Assembly: GCF_000002075.1 (NCBI RefSeq)
Contig: NW_004798141.1
Coordinates: 10,238 to 62,030, forward strand
DNA: 51,793 bases
From: Aplysia californica
Taxonomy: Eukaryota
Direction of reading: 5' to 3'
Shown here: piece by piece, positions 51,038 to 51,793 of the stretch
How positions within the stretch are numbered: the first letter of the stretch is position 1
Layout of the letters: every line of letters begins with the position of its first letter
Translations under genes and position numbers: made by a program
Notes under the pieces: model-generated
Seen by the model: the letters and a program-made list of their open reading frames with translations, nothing else
Told to the model about the DNA's origin: nothing
The model's database searches: none

Positions 51038-51793
51038 ACCCCATTCCTCCAGATGGTTGGAATCTTAGGTCTTGAGTTGAAATTGAAACCAAACCAACAC
51101 TCGGTGTGCCGGGTGCTAGTGCTGTATATGTCCTCAGTCCTCTTCTGCTTTCCCACTAAAGTTAGATCTATCTTTCACGACGGTGTAGGCTCTTCACTTT
51201 TCCATCAGTGGTCTTTAATGTCGCGCGAAGCACAAGGCCCATCCTAGATTCCTAGCTAAACACATCATACAATTTGTATTGCTAGATCTAGTGTGCCTCT
51301 TAACTTAATACATGTAACATGTATTATGGGCCCCAAAGCCAAGTGGATGCGCGAGGCTTAGCCTACGGAAGGGGTGGGGGCTATACGTTCTTAATTAAGA
51401 ATCTTATACGATCTCTGATCGTCTAGGGTGGGTGGGAACGCGATGCATGCTGTGTGAAACTGGAAGGGTAGGTTTAGATCATTAGTCGAGATCGAGACCT
51501 TCATTTTTTTTCAATTTTCTTTTCTTCCCCTGATCAGAAAATCCAAGCTCCCGCCTTTACTGCAGGCCTACATCTTTTTAAAAGGAAAAGAAAGATCATC
51601 AAAATGGTTGAATTCGCGTGAAAATCGAATCATATCGTACCGGGTGCCCATTGCGGTTGGGATCGCCGATCAGGTCGGGTCGGGTCGGGTCATATCAGGG
51701 ACGATCGCCCGACGAGGCAACGACTGAACGAGTCGGTCGCGATCGGGTGCTACTGTAGCCGCTTTTGCACCTCCAATCTGGCTGGCAAACCGC

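Larger units (their letters stand above)
46860..51202. repeat. Large inverted duplication: arms ~46860-48820 and ~49254-51202, spacer ~430 bp
   Basis: Reverse-complement identity across both H1 CDSs, 3' flanks and ~1.2 kb of upstream DNA. For example, inner end ctcacaaaggaacgttcatagggcgcaatttattcgatt pairs with aatcgaataaattgcgcccctataaacgttcctttgtgag. Confidence 0.95.

Noticed and set aside
51640-51793. GC-rich GGGTC/GATCG repeats at the window end
   Set aside because: Probably a transposon terminus, but it is truncated by the window edge and cannot be classified.

Overview
This is eukaryotic (metazoan) genomic DNA from a gapped draft assembly (7 N-gaps). It is AT-rich and intron-rich, and looks like an echinoderm or other marine invertebrate (inference only). 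Five genes can be reconstructed by hand from splice sites: (1) the last two coding exons of an unidentified Ser-rich gene (+, 4607-6643); (2) METTL6, tRNA m3C methyltransferase (-, 5 coding exons, 12449-19758, about 350 aa), with a second frameshifted copy of one exon inside a ~950 bp duplication; (3) GLD2/TENT2 cytoplasmic poly(A) polymerase (+, 12 coding exons, 29691-40022, 440 aa), head-to-head with METTL6; (4, 5) two intronless H1.0/H1-delta-type linker histone genes (47068-47622 -, 50392-50991 +). The histone genes form the arms of a ~4.3 kb inverted duplication, and each has a histone stem-loop but no recognisable downstream element. The rest is SINEs, an RTE-type LINE fragment, nested MITEs, tandem repeats and microsatellites. 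No clearly new biological system can be demonstrated from sequence alone. The best leads are the H1 palindrome and its 3' processing signals, the duplicated METTL6 exon, and the symmetric candidate METTL6/GLD2 promoter.
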